From contig CAVVMW010000005.1 of the NCBI GenBank assembly GCA_963749495.1, positions 192,001 to 256,000 of the forward strand: 64,000 nt of DNA, in the 5' to 3' direction. Shown here in pieces: positions 8,516-20,288 of the stretch (position 1 is the stretch's first letter; each line of letters opens with the position of its first letter). Below the pieces are notes generated by a model that worked only from the letters and a program-made list of their open reading frames with translations, made no database searches and was not told where the DNA came from. A program made the translations under genes and the position numbers. Source of the DNA: an uncultured bacterium. Lineage in GTDB: Bacteria > Verrucomicrobiota > Verrucomicrobiia > Limisphaerales > UBA8199.

Positions 8516-9913
8516 ATGAACGCTCGATTGTCACTCGCCAAGGTCCTTGGCCCATCGGGGCCGGACATCACTGCCGCCATGGCCGCCGGACTGCGGTTTC
8601 TGGACGGTCATGACACTGCCTGTTTGCTGGGGCAGGTGGGGCGCACCGTTGCCGAGGTGCCGCCCTTTTCACCCATCGACAAGGCGGCGCTGCAGGATTC
8701 CTACGGCGGCAGCCAGAAAGGGCCGGCCGACGATTTCCTGGTCGGGCGCGGTCTTTTCTACATCACCGAGCAGCGGCGGCTGTTCCTGGATTGCACCTCA
8801 GGCCATTACCAAATGGCTTGGGGCTACAATCACCCCGAACTGTGCGGGGCCATCGAAGCCGCCAGCCGGGCGGGGGTGGTTTGGGACAATCACTCGAATA
8901 TCCCCCAGGCGCCGCTCAAATGGCTGGCGCACCGGCTCGTGGCTGTGGGCAATGCGCCGGGCGAGACGGATCCCTTGGATACGGTGTTGCTGGGTGTGTG
9001 CACCGGTTCGGTGGCCTGTGCCGCCGCGCTGAAGATTCAGCTCAAGGTCTTTGAGCGCGAACACGGCCGGCAGGCGGTTCCCGTTATCGCGGTCCTGGAT
9101 GGCAACTACCACGGCACAGACATGGTGCCGCAATTCATGCGGGGCATGTGGTCGGGCATGCCACGGCCGTTTGAGGTCGTTTTGCTGCCGCCCAACGAGC
9201 CCGCGGCGTTGGAGAAGGCCTTCCACACGCACGGCGCGCGGCTGGCCGGGTTCTGGGCCGAACCGATCATGATGAACCGCGAAGCCATTGCCGTGGATGC
9301 GGAATACCTGCGCCTGGCGCAACGCCGGTGCCGGGAGACGGGGGCGCTGATGTGCCTGGACGAAATCCAGACCGGCTTCTGGCAGCCGGAGGTGTTCGAG
9401 TTCCGCCGGCTCGGCTTGCAGCCGGACCTGGTTGTCCTGGGCAAAGGCATGACGGCCGGCTTCCACCCGTTGTCGGGCGTCCTGTTCCGCCAACGGCATG
9501 ATGTGCTGGAGCAGTACGATGCCATCAGCACCAACGGCTCGGCGTCCCTGCCTGCGTTCGTGGCCCTCTGCTCGATGGAGTTAATCCAGGAGCAGGCCCA
9601 ACGCATCCGCGAGATGGGCCGGCGCATTCACAGCGGCTTCGAGTCGCTGGCAGCCGAGTTCCCTGGGGCGCTGCTCCGCGCCCAGGGCCGCGCGCACCTC
9701 GCCGGCCTGAAGTTCCGGCACGTGGAACAAGCCAGGCAGTTCCATCGGCGGCTGCTGGAAGCCGGGCTTTGGACTCGAGTCCACGCCTATCATGAGGGCC
9801 ACAGCACGATCTTGACGAAGCTCGGTTTGTTGGCCCACGATACCGTTGTCGATTTCGTCCTGGAGAGCTTTAGAAAAGTGCTCCGGGCCAACGAATACCA
9901 GGCCGGCCAATAG
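8516..9913 (+). CDS. Class III PLP-dependent aminotransferase
   Basis: GYNHP, NYHG, WAEPI, DEIQTG and PDLVVLGKG (PLP lysine). Confidence 0.9.
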   Translation: MNARLSLAKVLGPSGPDITAAMAAGLRFLDGHDTACLLGQVGRTVAEVPPFSPIDKAALQDSYGGSQKGPADDFLVGRGLFYITEQRRLFLDCTSGHYQMAWGYNHPELCGAIEAASRAGVVWDNHSNIPQAPLKWLAHRLVAVGNAPGETDPLDTVLLGVCTGSVACAAALKIQLKVFEREHGRQAVPVIAVLDGNYHGTDMVPQFMRGMWSGMPRPFEVVLLPPNEPAALEKAFHTHGARLAGFWAEPIMMNREAIAVDAEYLRLAQRRCRETGALMCLDEIQTGFWQPEVFEFRRLGLQPDLVVLGKGMTAGFHPLSGVLFRQRHDVLEQYDAISTNGSASLPAFVALCSMELIQEQAQRIREMGRRIHSGFESLAAEFPGALLRAQGRAHLAGLKFRHVEQARQFHRRLLEAGLWTRVHAYHEGHSTILTKLGLLAHDTVVDFVLESFRKVLRANEYQAGQ

Positions 9914-9928
9914 CCCGAAAGGCAAACT

Positions 9929-11336
9929 ATGAACACCGCTGTGCGCCCGAAAATCGGGCTTCTGGCCCTGACCCTGGAGCTATACGAGACTCTGGTTCCG
10001 GGCCTGCGTGAATCCCGCGAGGCCTGGGTGCGCCGGGCGGTGCTCCCGGCGCTGCAACTGCACGCTGACCTCCTCTTCAGCAGGGCGGTCTTTCAGCGCG
10101 AGGCCATCGAGGACGCGGTCCGGCAGTTCGAGAACGCCGGAGCAGACGCCCTGCTGGTCCTGCTGTTGACTTACTCGCCCAGCCAGCTTGCCTTGCCTGC
10201 GTTGCAGCGGACTCGCCTGCCGATCGTAATCTGGAATACCCAGGAACTGAGGGCGGTGGACCCTTCGTTCACCGTCGCCGCCATGATTGAGAACCATGGT
10301 GTGCACGGGACGCAGGATCTGGCCAACGTGTTGGTGCGCGCCGGCGTCCGATTTTATTATGTGACCGGCCACCCGGAGGATGCGCAGGGGCTTGGCGAGT
10401 TGGCCGACTTCTTCGTTGCGGCGGCAGCCGTGCGCCGTCTGCGCTCAGCCCGGATTGGCCTGATCGGCTACCCCTTTCCCGGCATGGGGGACTTTGCCCT
10501 GGATTCCACTTACATGGTCTCCACGCTCGGTTGCTCCTGGACCAATCTCACCGTCGAGGAATATGTGAAGCGTTCTCTTGCCGCCGACCCCGCCGAGCTT
10601 GCCAGCCTGGTCGAGGAATACCGGCGCAGTTATGCGCTCGCACCGGACTTGACCGATTTCGACCTGGAATGCACCGCCCGAGCCGAGTTGGCGTTGCGGG
10701 GGATGGTGCGCGGCTACCGTCTGGACGCGCTGACCTACCAGTTCATGGCTTTTGGGGATGACGAACGCACCTCGACCCTGCCATTTGTGGCTGCCAGCCG
10801 TCTCATGGCCCAGGGCATCGGTTTTGGGGGTGAAGGGGACCTGATTGCAGCCGCCGCGACGGCATTCTTCAACTGGCTGCGACCACCGGCGAGCTTCACG
10901 GAGGTTTTTACCATCGACTTCGATGGCGGCACTCTTTTCATGAGCCACATGGGGGAGGCCAATGTCGCGATGGCGCCGCGAGGCCGCAAGGTGCCCCTCG
11001 TCGCCCGGCCAGTGCCCATTACCCGGACCCGCGATCGCCAACTCGCCCTCGTTACGACCTTCGAGCCCGGGCCGGCCACGTTCATGGCGTTGACCCTGGG
11101 GCAGGGCGGCAAATGGCGAATTATTGCCGCCCCGGCGGTCATCGAGCCTTTCGGCCCGCTGCCGGGTCTCTGTGTGCCTCATTTCAAGCTCAAGCCGGCC
11201 CGCGACGTTCGCGAGTTTCTCACCGCTTACGCCCGTGCCGGGGGCCCGCACCACAACGCCGTTCTGCTTCGGCGACGCCCGGCAGCGTCTCCGTCTGGCC
11301 GCCGGCCTGATCGAGGCGGATTACGTCGAACTCTAA
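9929..11336 (+). CDS. L-arabinose/L-fucose isomerase family protein (frameshift near 11265)
   Basis: GFGGEGD, FMSHMGE and GGPHH motifs; the C-terminus continues in another frame (CFGDARQRL..ADYVEL*). Confidence 0.85.
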
Positions 11337-11351
11337 GAGACAATGGCGAAA

Positions 11352-11431
11352 TTAACCGCAAAGAACGCAGAGAACACAAAGAGCCGGGAATCAAGGCGTT
11401 TCTCTGCGATCTTTGCGTTCTTTGTGGTTAA
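11352..11431. repeat. Intergenic inverted repeat built of degenerate 9-mers
   Basis: TTAACCGCAAAGAACGCAGAGAACACAAAGAG ... CTCTGCGATCTTTGCGTTCTTTGTGGTTAA. Confidence 0.85.
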
Positions 11432-11472
11432 TTCTGCAACCGCCTCTAACTGTTCATGACCACTCAGGCCCT

Positions 11473-12918
11473 ATGCTCCTCGCGCTCGACCTAGGCACAA
11501 CCAACGTAAAGGCCCTCGTGACGGACCGCCTCGGGCATTCGCTTGCCCGCGGGGCCTGCCCCGTCCATCTGTCTTACGTCGAGAACGGCGGAGTCGAACA
11601 GGACAGCGAGGAAATCTGGCAAGCCGCGCTTGCGGCCATCCGGCAGGCAGTCGTTTCCGTGGAAGCCGCAGCCGTAGAGGCCATCGGCATTTCCAGCCAG
11701 GGAGGGGCCATGCAAGTGCTCGATGCGGGGCGCCGTCCGCTGGGGCCTGTCATCAGTTGGCTGGATCAGCGCGGACGCCCCTTTGACGACGCCCTCACCG
11801 CGGAGTTGGGCCGGAAATGGTTCCTGGAGCACATCGCCCACGGGCGCTCAGGGTTTGCTATCGGGCAGGTCCTGCGGCTTGGCCGGCAACAGCCCGGGCA
11901 AATCACACCGGCGAATAGCATCGGCTTTGTCGGCGACCTGGTTGCCGCCCGGTTGTGCGGGCGCGCTGCGCAGGATGGCACGTCGGCGGGACTGACGTTG
12001 TTCTACGATCCGAAGTCCCGTGCCTATGATAGCGACCTGCTGCAACGGCTGGGCTTGGCCGCAAACCAACTGCCGGTGCTGGTCTCACCGCGCGAGCCGG
12101 CGGGCCGTCTCTTGCCGGAAGCCGCCCGGGCTGCCGGTTTGCCGGCGGGCATTCCTGTCTCGGCCGCGGTGCACGATCAATATGCCTCGGCGCTCGGCTC
12201 CGGGGCGGTGAAGGCCGGGGCGGTCATGGTGGGCACCGGCACGGCCTGGGTCTTGCTCGCGGCGACTAATCAAATGCCCGTGCCTGTCCATGACGAGGCG
12301 CTGGTGTGCCATCACCTGGTTGAAGGTCTTTGGGGCCAGATCATTTCGATGGTCAACGGCGGCTCGGCCTTGACGTGGGCGCTTGAGTTGACGGGCCTTG
12401 CTCGCCCGGACCCGGACAGACTCGATCAACTCCTGGAATCCGTCCCCCCCGGGAGCGATGGCTTGCTCTTCTGGCCGTTCATGACCCCGTTTGGCGCCTC
12501 CGGCCTGCCCTCGGGTGTTCGCGGGCGTCTCTCCGGCCTCCAACTCTCGCATGGCGCGCCTCACGTTCTCCGCGCGGTGGTCGAAGGACTGGCCTGCGAG
12601 TTGAATCGCCATCTGGATTTCCTGCGAAAGGCGGGCCAGCCCATTGAATGGATGAGCCTGTGTGGAGGCGCGGCGGCAAGCCGCGTCACGCCGCAACTTC
12701 TGGCCGATGTGACCGGCCTGCCGTTGCGCTGCTTTTCCAGCAGCGAATCCAGCCTGCTGGGGGCAGCCATTGTTGCTCGGGGCTTGCTTGAGCCAGGCGC
12801 GTCGTTGACCGGCCTGGCCGAGGCGATGATCCCCGCCGCTCGCCAGGTTGCCCCCGGCGCCAACGCCCCCTTCTACAAGGACCTCTATCGCAGTTATCTG
12901 GCGTCCCTGCGCTTTTGA
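11473..12918 (+). CDS. FGGY-family carbohydrate kinase (xylulokinase-like)
   Basis: LALDLGTTNVKA, ISWLDQR, HDQ, GTGT, RAVVEG, GG, QLLADV. Confidence 0.92.
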   Translation: MLLALDLGTTNVKALVTDRLGHSLARGACPVHLSYVENGGVEQDSEEIWQAALAAIRQAVVSVEAAAVEAIGISSQGGAMQVLDAGRRPLGPVISWLDQRGRPFDDALTAELGRKWFLEHIAHGRSGFAIGQVLRLGRQQPGQITPANSIGFVGDLVAARLCGRAAQDGTSAGLTLFYDPKSRAYDSDLLQRLGLAANQLPVLVSPREPAGRLLPEAARAAGLPAGIPVSAAVHDQYASALGSGAVKAGAVMVGTGTAWVLLAATNQMPVPVHDEALVCHHLVEGLWGQIISMVNGGSALTWALELTGLARPDPDRLDQLLESVPPGSDGLLFWPFMTPFGASGLPSGVRGRLSGLQLSHGAPHVLRAVVEGLACELNRHLDFLRKAGQPIEWMSLCGGAAASRVTPQLLADVTGLPLRCFSSSESSLLGAAIVARGLLEPGASLTGLAEAMIPAARQVAPGANAPFYKDLYRSYLASLRF

Positions 12919-12932
12919 CCCGGAGTCCGCCC

Positions 12933-14015
12933 ATGAATGACGTGCCCCTCTACTTCGTCTGGAGCTACACGGATGCGGACCGGGCCTTCTGGGTCGAGCA
13001 TCTCGAGGACTGGCTTCCGCGCCGTATCCTCGACGCGCACACTCATATCGCCAATCCGGCGCACCGCCTGGTTCCCATGACTGAGGCCATGCGCAAGCAG
13101 TATTGGGTCAACGAGGTCTTCGAGCCAATCGAGGCCTCCGCCGCCGAACGCTGCTTTCGCACCGTATTCCCAAACCGGGACTTCAGTTGCCTGGCCTTCG
13201 GCATGCCCGACCTGGATTTCGATCTCGATGCCGGCAATGCCTGCCTCCACGAGGAGTGCCCGAAACGCGGCTGGTTCAGCCTGGCGGTCATTCGCCCGCA
13301 GTGGACCCAGGACAAGATGGCTGCCTTGCTGGATGCGCCGGGCGTGCTCGGCGTCAAGCCCTACTACTCGCTCATCAGCCCTAACCGCGAGACCCGTGAC
13401 GCGCACCTCGAAGCCGGCATCTTCGATTTCCTGCCTCACCACCTGCTCGAAGTCCTCAATGACCGCCGGGCCTGGGTGACCCTGCACGTCCCGAAGGCCT
13501 CCCGGCTTGGCCACCCCGACAACATCCGCGAGGTCCGGGAAATCCGCCGCCGCTACCCGGACATTGTCCTGGTCATTGCCCACCTTGGCCGCTGTTACAC
13601 CGAACCGCATGCCATCGAGGCATTGCCCCAGTTCGCCGACGACCCGGGCCTCTTCTTCGATACCTCGGCCGTCCTGAACCCCGCCTGCCATCGCATCGCC
13701 CTCCAGCACTTCGGCCCGCAGCGCATTCTATACGGCTCCGACAACCCCGTCCTGTTTATGCGCGGCCGCCGCCAATACCGCGGCCGCTCCTACCTCAACC
13801 GGACCAGCCATCCCTTCCACCTCAACCGGCAGCGCGAAGCCGCCGAGATCGAAGCCCGGTACACGCTTTTTATGTATGAAGACTTGCGCGCCCTCAAACT
13901 GGCCTGCCAGGACCTGGGCATCAACGCCCGGTCCGAGATCGAGGCCATCTTCCATGACAATGCCCGGCGCTTGATCGATGCTGTTCTCGCGCGCAAGCGC
14001 GGGGATGACGAATGA
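12933..14015 (+). CDS. Amidohydrolase_2 family metal-dependent hydrolase
   Basis: DAHTH, LHVP, IAHLG, FDTS, LYGSD. Confidence 0.88.
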   Translation: MNDVPLYFVWSYTDADRAFWVEHLEDWLPRRILDAHTHIANPAHRLVPMTEAMRKQYWVNEVFEPIEASAAERCFRTVFPNRDFSCLAFGMPDLDFDLDAGNACLHEECPKRGWFSLAVIRPQWTQDKMAALLDAPGVLGVKPYYSLISPNRETRDAHLEAGIFDFLPHHLLEVLNDRRAWVTLHVPKASRLGHPDNIREVREIRRRYPDIVLVIAHLGRCYTEPHAIEALPQFADDPGLFFDTSAVLNPACHRIALQHFGPQRILYGSDNPVLFMRGRRQYRGRSYLNRTSHPFHLNRQREAAEIEARYTLFMYEDLRALKLACQDLGINARSEIEAIFHDNARRLIDAVLARKRGDDE

Positions 14016-14209
14016 CGAATGACGAATGACGAATGACGAATGACGAATGACGAATGACGAATGACGAAATGCAGAAGCGGCCAACCACCATATGAGGGGA
14101 ATCATGAATCATGGAAGCAAGAGGCAAAAGCCAGGAGGCCCATGCCAAACTTGATACACGTGACTCTTTTCGTCATTCGTCATTCGTCATTCGTCATTCG
14201 TCATTCATC
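14005..14209. repeat. Inverted pair of (GAATGAC)n arrays around an ~100-bp spacer
   Basis: About 9 direct copies at 14005-14068 and about 5 inverted copies at 14169-14209. Confidence 0.92.
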
Positions 14210-14239
14210 ACTCAATCCATTGAAAAACCTGTTAAGGCT

Positions 14240-15382
14240 ATGAAAACCCTCCCCTTCGGCATCATCGGCGCCGGTCTCATGGGCCGCGAGTTTGCCAGCG
14301 CCGCCGCCCGCTGGTGCCACCTCCTGAAACCCTCCGCCCGGCCGGAGATCGTCGCTCTCTGCAATCGCAGTCCCGGCGCATTCGAGTGGTTCGGCCGGAA
14401 TTTCCCCGGCATCCGCCAATTCACGCACGATTACCGGCAAATCCTGGCGAACTCCGAAGTCGAGGCGGTGTATATGGCCCTGCCCCACCATCTGCACCAG
14501 GAGGTCTGCTGCGCGGCCATCGCAGCGGGCAAACATCTCATGGCCGAGAAACCCGTCGGCATCGACCTGGCGGCCAATCGCGCCATCGAGGCAAGCGCGG
14601 CGAGCCACCCGGAAGTTTTCGTGCGCTGCGCCTCCCAATGGGTCTTCTTCCCGGCCGTCCAGCGCATCGCCGATGCCCTCGAGCGCAAGGCCTTCGGCCG
14701 CATCATCGAAGTCAATGCCGGCTTCCTTCACTCCAGCGACCTTGACCCCGCCAAGCCAATCAACTGGAAACGCATGATCGAGTTCAACGGCGAGTATGGC
14801 GTCATGGGCGACCTGGGGCTGCACGTCTGCGCCTTGCCTTTCCGCGCCGGGTGGACCCCGAAAAACGTGCGCGCCGTCCTGTCCGACATCGTCAAGGAAC
14901 GCCCCGACGGCAAAGGCGGGCGCGTCCCGTGCCGAACCTGGGACAATGCCACGCTTCTCTGCGAGGCGGAGGATCCGACAAGCGGGGAACTGTTCCCCAT
15001 GACCCTCAAGCTGCAGCGCATCGCTCCCGGCCAGAAAAACACCTGGTACATCGAAATCCTCGGCACCAAGCTCTCCGCCCGCTTTTCCACTCGAGACCCG
15101 AAACGCCTCGACTGGCTCGACTACACGGGCGGCGAACAGGTCTGGGGCTCCATCCAGACCGGCCACGAGACCGCGTTCCCGACCATCACCGGCCCGATCT
15201 TTGAGTTTGGTTTCTCGGACGCCATCCTGCAGATGTGGGCGGCGTTCCTCCATGAACTGGTCGAGGGCCGCGCCCCGAAGCGCTTTGCCGGTTGCGCCAC
15301 CCTCGCCGAAGCCGCTCTGAGCCACCGCCTCTTCACCGCCGCCCTGCAATCCCAAAAGCACCAAACGGTGGAAACCGTCTAA
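14240..15382 (+). CDS. Gfo/Idh/MocA family oxidoreductase
   Basis: GIIGAGLMG, EKP, GDLGLH. Confidence 0.92.
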   Translation: MKTLPFGIIGAGLMGREFASAAARWCHLLKPSARPEIVALCNRSPGAFEWFGRNFPGIRQFTHDYRQILANSEVEAVYMALPHHLHQEVCCAAIAAGKHLMAEKPVGIDLAANRAIEASAASHPEVFVRCASQWVFFPAVQRIADALERKAFGRIIEVNAGFLHSSDLDPAKPINWKRMIEFNGEYGVMGDLGLHVCALPFRAGWTPKNVRAVLSDIVKERPDGKGGRVPCRTWDNATLLCEAEDPTSGELFPMTLKLQRIAPGQKNTWYIEILGTKLSARFSTRDPKRLDWLDYTGGEQVWGSIQTGHETAFPTITGPIFEFGFSDAILQMWAAFLHELVEGRAPKRFAGCATLAEAALSHRLFTAALQSQKHQTVETV

Positions 15383-15446
15383 TATACCCAAATCTGGTTG
15401 ATCACCGCCGCCCGAATACTCATGCTTGTCCCAGTCTAGGAAATTC

Positions 15447-17601
15447 ATGAGCACTTCTGAGATAGGCCTCAGGTCCGCGACACCGTGGCCGTTTGTCTTG
15501 GTCGGGGTTGGCCTCTGGCTGGCGGCTGTTGGCGAGGCGGCCCCGTCTGAGGCGAGCGCCGAACGCTCGCCGGTCCCTTTGCCTCTCCGGGAGAATGCCC
15601 GGACGCGTCTGTCATTGCCTGCCTGGCCTTCGCCGGGCTTGACCCTGCACGTTTCAGCCAGCGGCAGCGAGAGAGGCGACGGGACCTCGGCCCACCCGTT
15701 TGGCAGCCTCGAGCGGGCGCGAGATGAAATCCGCGCATGGCGGCGGAATGGGCCCCTGCCCAAGGGCGGCGTCGAGGTTCTCGTGCATGGCGGCGAATAT
15801 AGCGTGGCGCGGACCTTCTCGCTGGCGGAGGGCGATTCGGGGACCGAAGCCGCCCCGGTGGTGTTCCGGGCGGCGCCGGGCGAAAAGCCGAGCTTTCGCG
15901 GGGGAACCCGTGTGACGGGTTGGCGCCCGTTGTCCGACTCGGACGGCTACCCGCAGATTCCGGCGGAGTCGCGCCCCCGGATCTTGGGTGGCGGATTTGA
16001 GGGCCTGCGGGGTCACCAACCTGTTGCCCCTGAAACTCGGCGGGTTCGCCAGCGGCAATGGTTTTCGCACGCATCCGGCGCACGAGCTGTTCTTCGATGG
16101 CCGGGCCATGACTCTGGCGCGCGGACCCAACGAAGGGTTCCTGCGCATCAGTGCGGTGGCCGTCAAGGATGGCACCAAAGGCTACGACCGCGAGGGCAGT
16201 AAGACCGGCAAGTTCTTCTACCAGGGCGACCGGCCCCGCCGATGGGCAGCCGAGCCGGATCTGTTGCTCTACGGATATTGGTTCTGGGACTGGGCCGATT
16301 CCTATGAACGCGTGGCCAGCATCGATCCCGAACAACGGCTGATCACCCTCGCCCAACCCTGGCACTCCTATGGATTTAGCGTCGGCGCTCCGTTCTATGC
16401 CGTCAACGCCCTGAGCGAGCTGGATGCGCCGGGCGAGTGGTATTTGGACCGCGCGCGCGGCCGGGCGCTCCTCTACCCGCCCGCCGACCCGGGCAAAGCC
16501 GCCATCGAGATGAGTCAGTTCGCTGCGCCGATGCTGCGACTGGAGAATGTGTCGTGGGTGTCCTTCTGCGGTCTCACCTGGGAGCTCGGCAGCGCGGATG
16601 CCATTCATGTGGGCGGCGGGGCGCACTGCCTGTTTGCCGGCTGCACGGTGCGGTATTTTGCCGGAAACGGGATTGAAATTGCCGGCGGCCAACAGCACGG
16701 GTTGCGTTCCTGCGACATCTATTCGATGGGCCGTGGAGGAACGGTCATAACCGGCGGAGACCGCAGGGCCCTCGAACCCGGCGGTCATTTTCTGGAGAAC
16801 TGCGACATTCATGACTTGTCGCGGATCGACCACACTTACACCCCGGCGCTGGTCCTGGACGGGGTTGGCAACCGCATCGCCCATAACCGCATGCATGACA
16901 TCAGGAGCAGCGCCATGCGCGTCGAGGGGAACAATCACGTGGTGGAGTTCAACGAAGTGTATAGCGCCGTGACGGAATCCGACGACCAGGGAGCGGCGGA
17001 CATGTTCGGGAACCCGACGTACCGCGGCAACGTGTACCGCCACAATTACTTCCATCATATCGGCAACTGGCGCGGCGCCGGCGAGCAGCCCAAGTGCGGC
17101 CAGGCCGGCATCCGCCTGGATGACGCCATCTGCGGCACCGTGATTTGCGGGAACGTCTTCGAACGTTGCTCGGCGGGCAAACTGGGTTTTGGCGGGGTGC
17201 AAATCCACGGGGGCAAAGACAACGTGATCGAGAACAACATCTTCATCAACTGCGCGGCCATGGTGAGTTGTTCGCCCTGGGACACAAATCGCTGGCGGGA
17301 CTATGTCGGAAGGGCCTTGAATTCCGGCCAGATTGATCGGGCGCTTTACGAGCAACGCTATCCCGAACTGGCCCACCTGGCCGAAAACGCCAACCGGAAC
17401 TACGTCCGCCGGAACCTGGGCTGGCGCTGCGGAGAACTGCTTCGCCGCGCGCCTCAGAACCTTGACGCCAAAGACAACGCCACATTAGGCGATGATGAGT
17501 TTGTCTGGGAGCCGGCAAGCTTCCAGTTGAACCGCCCTGGCTTCGACCCGATCCCCTTCGAGGAGGTCGGGCTTTACCGGGATGTTCCGTTTCGCCCATA
17601 A
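15447..17601 (+). CDS. Secreted right-handed beta-helix protein (GH141/pectate-lyase-like fold; frameshift near 15985)
   Basis: Signal peptide, GDGTSAHPFGSLERARD, ELDAPGEWYLD and NRIAHN/DDQGA beta-helix repeats, split over two ORFs. Confidence 0.85.
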
Positions 17602-17703
17602 TTTGCCTTGGATTAGGGGCGGGGCAGGTGTAAGGTGGGGCCTTGACTCAGGTTGCACGAACAGGCGCGGGCAAACACCGAAACGAACAGGAAACTCAAA
17701 CCC

Positions 17704-18240
17704 ATGAAACGGACCGCCAATGCCTCTGCCGGAAAAGGGCCCCGGCGACCGCCGGACCCCGGTTCACAAGCAGTCGGGCACATCAACCATCGTTCGTCCT
17801 TCACACTGATCGAACTGCTGGTCGTCATCGCCATCATCGCCATCCTGGCGGCAATGCTGCTGCCCGCCCTGAGCAAGTCCAAGGCCCGCGCGCAGGCCGC
17901 CACGTGCATGAGCAACGCCAAACAGCTCATGGATGCCATGCACATGTACACCGGAGACAACACGGATTACTTTCCGCCGAACCCGGACGATGGCCGGGAT
18001 GCCGTGGGGTATGAATGGTGCTGCGGCGACGTGAGCGGCGGCATGCCGGCGGGCGTGGCGGCGGCCTCAGGGCCACGCTTTGCCTTGAGTTGGGAGACCC
18101 GGACCACCAGGATGCAGGATAGTGGTCTGGAAAAAAACCAAGTTCCTGCCCTGCCTCTAAAACCGTGCCCCCTTGCGAAATCGATGACATTTCGCTTGCA
18201 TTGGCAGAAGAAAAGATGGAAAACGGTAGCCGTCAGATAA
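17704..18240 (+). pseudogene. Prepilin-type N-terminal methylation (PVC type-IV-pilin-like) gene, truncated
   Basis: [36 protein letters not shown]; family-like sequence ends near 18055; no H-X9-DG tail. Confidence 0.7.
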
Positions 18241-18307
18241 AGTCCATTGTTTGCTGCCGGGGACGGCTGTTCAACCCCGGCGAGGCTAGAGCCTTGCCGG
18301 GGCGGAT

Positions 18308-19854
18308 ATGGACATGTTGTTTCCGGGCGCGATGAAGATGCCTATGAAAACAACAAAAGCCATATTCGGGGTTCTCACCGACCGCACTTCCCAAACCTTC
18401 GCAACGACCGAGCCGGTGTCCGGCAGGAGGCCGGTCGTGGCTCTCCTCACACGACTGCTCTGGGCAGCCGCGCTCGCGCTGCCGGTTTTTGGAACACAGG
18501 CCGCGGCGGTCTTAACCACTTTGTATTCATTCACCGGCGGCAATGATGGCAGGAGTCCCGATGGGCTGGTGCAAGGCAGCGACGGTTATTTGTATGGCAC
18601 GACTTCAGGCGGCGGCACCAACAACAATGGCACCGTGTTCAAAATCAGCGCCAATGGGGCGTTCACCACTTTGTATTCCTTCGGCGGCAACGATGGCGCA
18701 GGTCCCGGTGGGCTGGTGCAAGGCAGCGACGGCAATTTCTATGGCACGACTTCAGGCGGCGGCATCACCAACTTCAACGTAGATGTGGGACTTTTTTACG
18801 GCTGTGGCACCGTGTTCAAAATCAGCGCCAATGGGGGGCTGACCAGTTTGTACTCCTTCACCGGCGGCAACGATGGCGCAGGTCCCGGTGGGCTGGTGCA
18901 GGGCAGCGACGGCAATTTCTATGGCACGGCAGGATGGGGCGGCACGAACAACTACGGCACGGTGTTCAAAATCAACACCAATGGCGCGCTGACCAGTTTG
19001 TATTCCTTCAGTGGCGGCAATGACGGCGCATTTCCCCAGGCTGCGCTGGCGCAAGGCAGCGACGGCAATTTCTATGGCACGACTTCCTCCGGCGGCACAA
19101 CGAACTACAACGTTTCTCTCGGAACTTACGGCTACGGCACCGTGTTCAAAATCAGCCCCAATGGAGCGACCAGTTTGTATCCTTCACTGGTGGCAATGAT
19201 GGCAGGAATCCCAGCGGGCTGGTGGAGGGCAGCGACGGCTATTTCTATGGCACGACTCGAAGCGGCGGCAACACCAATCTCAACGGGGGTGATGGTCTTG
19301 GCACCGTGTTCAAAATCAGCGCCACTGGGGCGCTGACCACTTTACATTCATTCACAAACGGCAATGATGGCGCATTTCCCAGTGGCGGGCTGGTGCATGG
19401 CAGCGATGGCAGTGTCTATGGCACGACTTACGGTGCCGATTGCAGGAGTTGTGTTCCGGGCACCGTGTTCAAAATCAACACCAATGGGGCGTTCACCACT
19501 TTGTATTCCTTCACCTGCGGCAATGATGGCGGGAGTCCCGATGGGCTGGTGCAAGGCAGCGACGGTTATTTGTATGGCACCACTGATATCGGCTGGACGA
19601 GCTACTGGGGCACCCTTTTCCGGCTGACCATTGAGCCGGAGTTCCAGGCCGTGACCCTGACCAACGGCACGCTGAGTCTGACCTGGAGCACGGAAGCTGG
19701 AGGGACGTATCAGTTGCAGTACACTTCCGACTTGGGGTCGAGCAACTGGACCAACCTGGGCAGCGCGGTCACCGCAACCGGAGCGACGCTCAGTGCCATA
19801 GACTCCCTCACGAACGGCCCGCAACGGTTTTATCGAGTGGTGCTCTCGCCGTAA
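18308..19854 (+). CDS. Choice-of-anchor tandem repeat GloVer-type surface protein (frameshifted near 19165-19225)
   Basis: Repeats LYSF.GGNDG.P..LVQGSDG.FYGTT..GG....GTVFKI; C-terminal LTW..YQLQ..RFYRV domain. Confidence 0.88.
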
Positions 19855-20288
19855 GGATTCCGCAACGACGCTGTATTGCGGCGCGGGGCCAGAGCCGCCG
19901 GGATGGCCCGGTCGGCCCTAACGTTCACCGATGCGCCTGGACCGCCGCCGCTGCCCCGGCCGCTGGCCCCGTTGCGCTGGTCCGTGCTGCCTGGAGGTGT
20001 CCCTGGCCTTGTACGGGGCCAATCCGTGCGCGTGCGACCCGTCACCGTACCCGACCGCTTCTCGGTAGCGTGCCGGACGGTGGCCGGGCTACTCCTTCCG
20101 GCGGATGCCGCCGGGCTTCGTCTTCGCGCACATCGAGCAGCCCCAGAACTCCCGGTCAGGGTGCTGCCGGGGCCTGGCCCCCTGGCGCTTCGCAACCCAC
20201 CAACTCACCTGTAAAACGGGGAAATCCGCCGATTCCTGGTGTTCAGATGGCTAGTTCGTTGGATTTTTCGCATTTGCTATCGGAACCC

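Noticed and set aside
20086..20195. Topoisomerase-type zinc-ribbon remnant on the minus strand (REFWGCS)
   Set aside because: Too short and degenerate to support.
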